NCBI RefSeq assembly: GCF_009914755.1
Contig: NC_060939.1
Strand: one strand, 5' to 3'
Source of the DNA: the human T2T-CHM13v2.0 reference genome, Homo sapiens
DNA length: 64,000 nt
Below the pieces are notes generated by a model. It ran no database searches and had not been told where the DNA came from. It was given only the letters and a program-made list of their open reading frames with translations. Below, piece after piece: positions 58,601 through 64,000 of this stretch (its first letter is position 1; each line of letters starts with the position of its first letter). A program made the position numbers and the translations under genes.

Positions 58601-59355
58601 CATTGCATTCCATTCTATTCAACTCTATTGCCTTCCATTCCATTCCATTCGATTACATTCCATGCGATTCCATTCGAAATCGAATCAATTACATTGCAAT
58701 CCATTACTATTGAGTCCATTTTATTCCAGTCCACTGCATTCTGGTCCATTCCATTTGATTCCATTCCATTCTATTCCATTCCATACAGTTGCATTCCATT
58801 GGATTCCATTCTATATCTATAAATTCAATTCGAGACCATTGCTTTTGAGTCCATTCTATATGATTCCATTCCATTCAAGTCCATTACATTTGGTTCAATT
58901 CCATTCCATTCCATTCCTTTCCATTCCATTCCATTTGATATCAATCCATTCGATTCCATTCCATTCGAGCACATTCCATTCGAGTCCATTCCATTCGATG
59001 CCATTCCATTTGATTCTATTCCATTAGTCTCCATTCAATTCCATTAATCTCCATTCCATTCCATTCTACACCAACTGATTCCATTCCATTCTATTCCTTT
59101 CCATTCCATTTCATTCCATTCCATTCCATTCCATTCCATTCCATTCGTGTCCATTCCACTCCAGTCCATTCCATTCGTGTCCATTCCGTTCCAGTCCATT
59201 CCATTTGTGTCCACTGCATTCCATTCCACTCCATTCCATATTATTCCATTACACTCCATTCCATTCTATTACTTTCATTTCCATTCAATTCCATTCCATT
59301 TGATTCCATTCCACTCGGTTTCATTCCATTTGAGTCCACTCCATTCCATTCCATT
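55625..59355 (+). repeat. Recent tandem monomer duplication (1784 bp), with a third near-identical copy at about 60950-62900
   Basis: ORFs are identical at +1784 (56277/58061, 56317/58101, 56495/58279). CCATTACTCTCC and AATCCATTGCATT occur only in the units anchored at 56277, 58061 and 61653. Confidence 0.92.
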
Positions 59356-60199
59356 CCATTCCATTCAGTTCCATTCCATTCTGTTCCATTCCATTCCGTT
59401 CCATTACATTCCATTCCATTCGGTACCATTCCATATTGTTCCATTCGATTCCATTCGAATCCATTCCATTCCAGTCCATTCCATTCGATTCCATTCCATT
59501 CATTTCAATTCCATTCCATTCCATTCCATTACATTCCACTTGATTCCTCTCCATTCCCTTCCACTGCATTCCGTTCGATTCCATTCCATTGCATTGCATT
59601 CCATTCCATTGGATTGCATTCCATTCGATTCCATTCCATTCGAATCAATTACATAGCAATCCCTTACATTCGAGTCTATTCTATTCCGTTCCATTCGATT
59701 TCGTTCCAATCCATTCGATTCCATTCCATTCGATTCCATTCCATACTATTGCATTCCATTCTATTACATTATATTCGAATAAGTTCCATTCAAGACCATT
59801 TCTTTTGAGTCCATTCTATTTGAGTCCATTCCCTTTGATTCCATAACATTTGAGTCCATTCAATTCCATTCCTTTCGTTTCCATTCCATTTGATGCCATT
59901 CCATTCAATTCTGTTCTACTCGACTCCAATACATTCAATTCCATTCCATCCGATTCCATTACATTCTTTTCATTTCTTATCCATTTCAAGCCATTCCACT
60001 CCATTCCACTCCACTCGTTTCCTTTCCATTCGAGTCCATTCCTCTCCAGTCCATTCCGTTCAATCCATTCCATTCCAGTCCATTCCATTCGAGTCCGTTC
60101 CATTCCAGTCCATTCCATTCGAGTCAATTCCATTCCATTCGATGTCTTTCCATAACGATCCATTCCATTCTATTCCTTTCGATTCCATTCCATTCTATT

Positions 60200-63100
60200 T
60201 CATTCCATTCGATTCCCTTCCATTGGACTCCTTTCCATTCGAGTGCATTCCATTCCGTTCCATTTCTTCCCGTTCTGTACGATTCCTACCGTTCGATTTC
60301 ATTTTGTTCCAGTCCATTCTTTCGCGTCCATTCCATTCCATTTCACTCCATTCGATTCCATTCCACTCGATTCCACTTCGTTCCATTTCATTGCATTCCA
60401 TTCTATTCAACTCTATTGCCTTCCATTCCATTCCATTCGATTACATTCCATGCGATTCCATTCGAAATCGAATCAATTACATTGCAATCCATTACTATTG
60501 AGTCCGTTTTATTCCAGTCCACTGCATTCTGGTCCATTCCATTTGATTCCATTCCATTCTATTCCATTCCATACAGTTGCATTCAATTGGATTCCATTCT
60601 ATATCTATAAATTCAATTCGAGACCATTGCTTTTGAGTCCATTCTATATGATTCCATTCCATTCAAGTCCATTACATTTGGTTAAATTCCATTCCAATAG
60701 GGTCAATTCCATTCCATTCCATTCCCTTCCATTCCATTCCAGTTCATATCAATCCATTCGATTCCATTCCATTCGAGCACATTCCATTCGAGTCCATTCC
60801 ATTCGATGCCATTCCATTTGATTCTATTCCATTAGTCTCCATTCAATTCCATTAATCTCCATTCCATTCCATTCTACTCCAACTGATTCCATTCCATTCT
60901 ATTCCTTTCCATTCCATTTCATTCCATTCCATTCCATTCCATTCCATTCCATTCGTGTCCATTCCACTCCAGTCCATTCCATTCGTATCCATTCCATTCC
61001 AGTCCATTCCATTTGTGTCCACTGCATTCCATTCCACTCCATTCCATATTATTCCATTACACTCCATTCCATTCTATTACTTTCATTTCCATTCAATTCC
61101 ATTCCATTTGATTCCATTCCACTCGGTTTCATTCCATTTGAGTCCACTCCATTCCATTCCATTCCATTCAGTTCCATTCCATTCTGTTCCATTCCATTCC
61201 GTTCCATTACATTCCATTCCATTCGGTACCATTCCATATTGTTCCATTCGATTCCATTCGAATCCATTCCATTCCAGTCCATTCCATTCGATTCCATTCC
61301 ATTCATTTCAATTCCATTCCATTCCATTCCATTACATTCCACTTGATTCCTCTCCATTCCCTTCCACTGCATTCCGTTCGATTCCATTCCATTGCATTGC
61401 ATTCCATTCCATTGGATTGCATTCCATTCGATTCCATTCCATTCGAATCAATTACATAGCAATCCATTACATTCGAGTCTATTCTATTCCGTTCCATTCG
61501 ATTTCGTTCCAATCCATTCGATTCCATTCCATTCGATTCCATTCCATACTATTGCATTCCATTCGATTACATTATATTCGAATAAGTTCCATTCAAGACC
61601 ATTTCTTTTGAGTCCATTCTATTTGAGTCCATTCCCTTTGATTCCATAACATTTGAGTCCATTCAATTCCATTCCTTTCGTTTCCATTCCATTTGATGCC
61701 ATTCCATTCAATTCTGTTCTACTCGACTCCAATACATTCAATTCCATTCCATCCGATTCCATTACATTCTTTTCATTTCTTATCCATTTCAAGCCATTCC
61801 ACTCCATTCCATTCCACTCGTTTCCTTTCCATTCGAGTCCATTACTCTCCAGTCCATTCCGTTCAATCCATTGCATTCCAGTCCATTCCATTCGAGTCCG
61901 TTCCATTCCAGTCCATTCCATTCGAGTCAATTCCATCCCATTCGATGTCTTTCCATAACGATCCATTCCATTCTATTCCTTTCGATTCCATTCCATTCTA
62001 TTTCATTCCATTCGATTCCCTTCCATTGGACTCCTTTCCATTCGAGTGCATTCCATTCCGTTCCATTTCTTTCCGTTCTGTACGATTCCTACCGTTCGAT
62101 TTCATTTTGTTCCAGTCCATTCCTTTCGCGTCCATTCCATTCCATTTCACTCCATTCGATTCCATTCCACTCGATTCCACTTCGTTCCATTTCATTGCAT
62201 TCCATTCTATTCAACTCTATTGCCTTCCATTCCATTCCATTCGATTACATTCCATGCGATTCCATTCGAAATCGAATCAATTACATTGCAATCCATTACT
62301 ATTGAGTCCGTTTTATTCCAGTCCACTGCATTCTGGTCCATTCCATTTGATTCCATTCCATTCTATTCCATTCCATACAGTTGCATTCCATTGGATTCCA
62401 TTCTATATCTATAAATTCAATTCGAGACCATTGCTTTTGAGTCCATTCTATATGATTCCATTCCATTCAAGTCCATTACATTTGGTTCAATTCCATTCCA
62501 TTCCATTCCTTTCCATTCCATTCCATTTGATATCAATCCATTCGATTCCATTCCATTCGAGCACATTCCATTCGAGTCCATTCCATTCGATGCCATTCCA
62601 TTTGATTCTATTCCATTAGTCTCCATTCAATTCCATTAATCTCCATTCCATTCCATTCTACACCAACTGATTCCATTCCATTCTATTCCTTTCCATTCCA
62701 TTTCATTCCATTCCATTCCATTCCATTCCATTCCATTCGTGTCCATTCCACTCCAGTCCATTCCATTCGTGTCCATTCCGTTCCAGTCCATTCCATTTGT
62801 GTCCACTGCATTCCATTCCACTCCATTCCATATTATTCCATTACACTCCATTCCATTCTATTACTTTCATTTCCATTCAATTCCATTCCATTTGATTCCA
62901 TTCCACTCGGTTTCATTCCATTTGAGTCCACTCCATTCCATTCCATTCCATTCCATTCAGTTCCATTCCATTCTGTTCCATTCCATTCCGTTCCATTACA
63001 TTCCATTCCATTCGGTACCATTCCATATTGTTCCATTCGATTCCATTCGAATCCATTCCATTCCAGTCCATTCCATTCGATTCCATTCCATTCATTTCAA

Positions 63101-63630
63101 TTCCATTCCATTCCATTCCATTACATTCCACTTGATTCCTCTCCATTCCCTTCCACTGCATTCCGTTCGATTCCATTCCATTGCATTGCATTCCATTCCA
63201 TTGGATTGCATTCCATTCGATTCCATTCCATTCGAATCAATTACATAGCAATCCATTACATTCGAGTCTATTCTATTCCGTTCCATTCGATTTCGTTCCA
63301 ATCCATTCGATTCCATTCCATTCGGTTCCATTCCATACTATTGCATTCCATTCGATTACATTATATTCGAATAAGTTCCATTCAAGACCATTTCTTTTGA
63401 GTCCATTCTATTTGAGTCCATTCCCTTTGATTCCATAACATTTGAGTCCATTCAATTCCATTCCTTTCGTTTCCATTCCATTTGATGCCATTCCATTCAA
63501 TTCTGTTCTACTCGACTCCAATACATTCAATTCCATTCCATCCGATTCCATTACATTCTTTTCATTTCTTATCCATTTCAAGCCATTCCACTCCATTCCA
63601 TTCCACTCGTTTCCTTTCCATTCGAGTCCA
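60200..63630 (+). repeat. Dispersed copy of the block at about 38700-42110 (offset about 21520 bp, 12 units)
   Basis: Shared in the same order: TTCTTCCCG, the C deletion, a 15-bp insertion with AGGGTCAATT, GTTCATATC (EcoRV lost), CGTATCC, TCTACACC, TCCGTTCCAG and TTCGGTTCC (~41808/~63324). Confidence 0.8.
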
Positions 63631-64000
63631 TTCCATTCGATGCCATTCCATTTGGTTCTATTCCATTAGTCTCCATTCAATTCCATTAATCTCCATTCCA
63701 TTCCATTCTACTCCAACTGATTCCATTCCATTCTATTCCTTTCCATTCCATTTCATTCCATTCCATTCCATTCCATTCCATTCCATTCGTGTCCATTCCA
63801 CTCCAGTCCATTCCATTCGTGTCCATTCCGTTCCAGTCCATTCCATTTGTGTCCACTGCATTCCATTCCACTCCATTCCATATTATTCCATTACACTCCA
63901 TTCCATTCTATTACTTTCATTTCCATTCAATTCCATTCCATTTAATTCCATTCCACTCGGTTTCATTCCATTTGAGTCCACTCCATTCCATTCCATTCCA
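63014..64000 (+). repeat. Truncated unit carrying a 739-bp internal deletion (junction 63616-63634)
   Basis: CTCGTTTCCTTTCCATTCGAGTCCATTCC is joined directly to ATTCGATGCC. In intact units the two GAGTCC copies are 739 bp apart (877 vs 1616). The anchor-to-stop distance is 227 here vs 966 in the previous unit. Confidence 0.93.

Larger units (their letters stand above)
1..64000 (+). repeat. Satellite III (HSat3) array of diverged CATTC pentamers, probably D15Z1/HSat3A5 (chr15p pericentromeric heterochromatin)
   Basis: CATTC/ATTCC pentamers with variants (CATTT, GATTC, CAGTC, CACTC) run from base 1 to 64000, with the pyrimidine-rich strand on + throughout. The CATTCGATGATT core typical of HSat2 is not seen. 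A 1.8-kb period with one KpnI site per unit is the described organisation of D15Z1. The HSat3 call is near certain; the chromosome and subfamily call is inference. Confidence 0.97.

Noticed and set aside
27-63901. Hundreds of ORFs up to 313 aa (HSIPF-rich on +, MEWNG-rich on -)
   Set aside because: (CATTC)n has no stop codon in any frame and translates to exactly these pentapeptides. The ORFs overlap in all frames, recur with the unit, and are broken freely by stops and frameshifts.
1-64000. CRISPR-like or other repeat-spacer array
   Set aside because: There are no unique spacers and no cas or other genes; entire units repeat at high identity.
1-64000. Alternative identities: HSat2 1.77-kb unit of chr1, or DYZ1 3.6-kb unit of Yq
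   Set aside because: HSat2 GATGAT-type motifs are not seen. The basic period is 1.8 kb with near-identical adjacent units rather than a 3.6-kb unit.
1-64000. Inversion, transposon insertion or unique-sequence island
   Set aside because: I read through on both strands: no GGAAT-strand segment, poly-A tail, Alu/L1 sequence or non-satellite stretch was seen.

Overview
The whole 64-kb window is one uninterrupted, single-orientation tandem array of diverged (CATTC)n/(GAATG)n pentamers, i.e. human/great-ape satellite III (HSat3). It is organised as about 36 near-identical ~1.8-kb units (1773-1814 bp), each with a single KpnI site. This organisation matches the 1.8-kb KpnI satellite III family D15Z1 (HSat3A5) of chromosome 15p; that assignment is inferred, not aligned. 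I see no genes, RNA genes, transposons or inversions, and every listed ORF is an artefact of a stop-free pentamer (HSIPF/MEWNG). I found no new coding or defence system. The informative content is structural: the unit looks like an old diverged dimer (829-bp internal offset) with a net 5n-1 length. Shared variants reveal nested monomer, dimer and 5-mer duplications plus long-range copies, and one unit near 63.6 kb lost 739 bp between 19-bp direct repeats. All comparisons were made by eye, so block boundaries are approximate.
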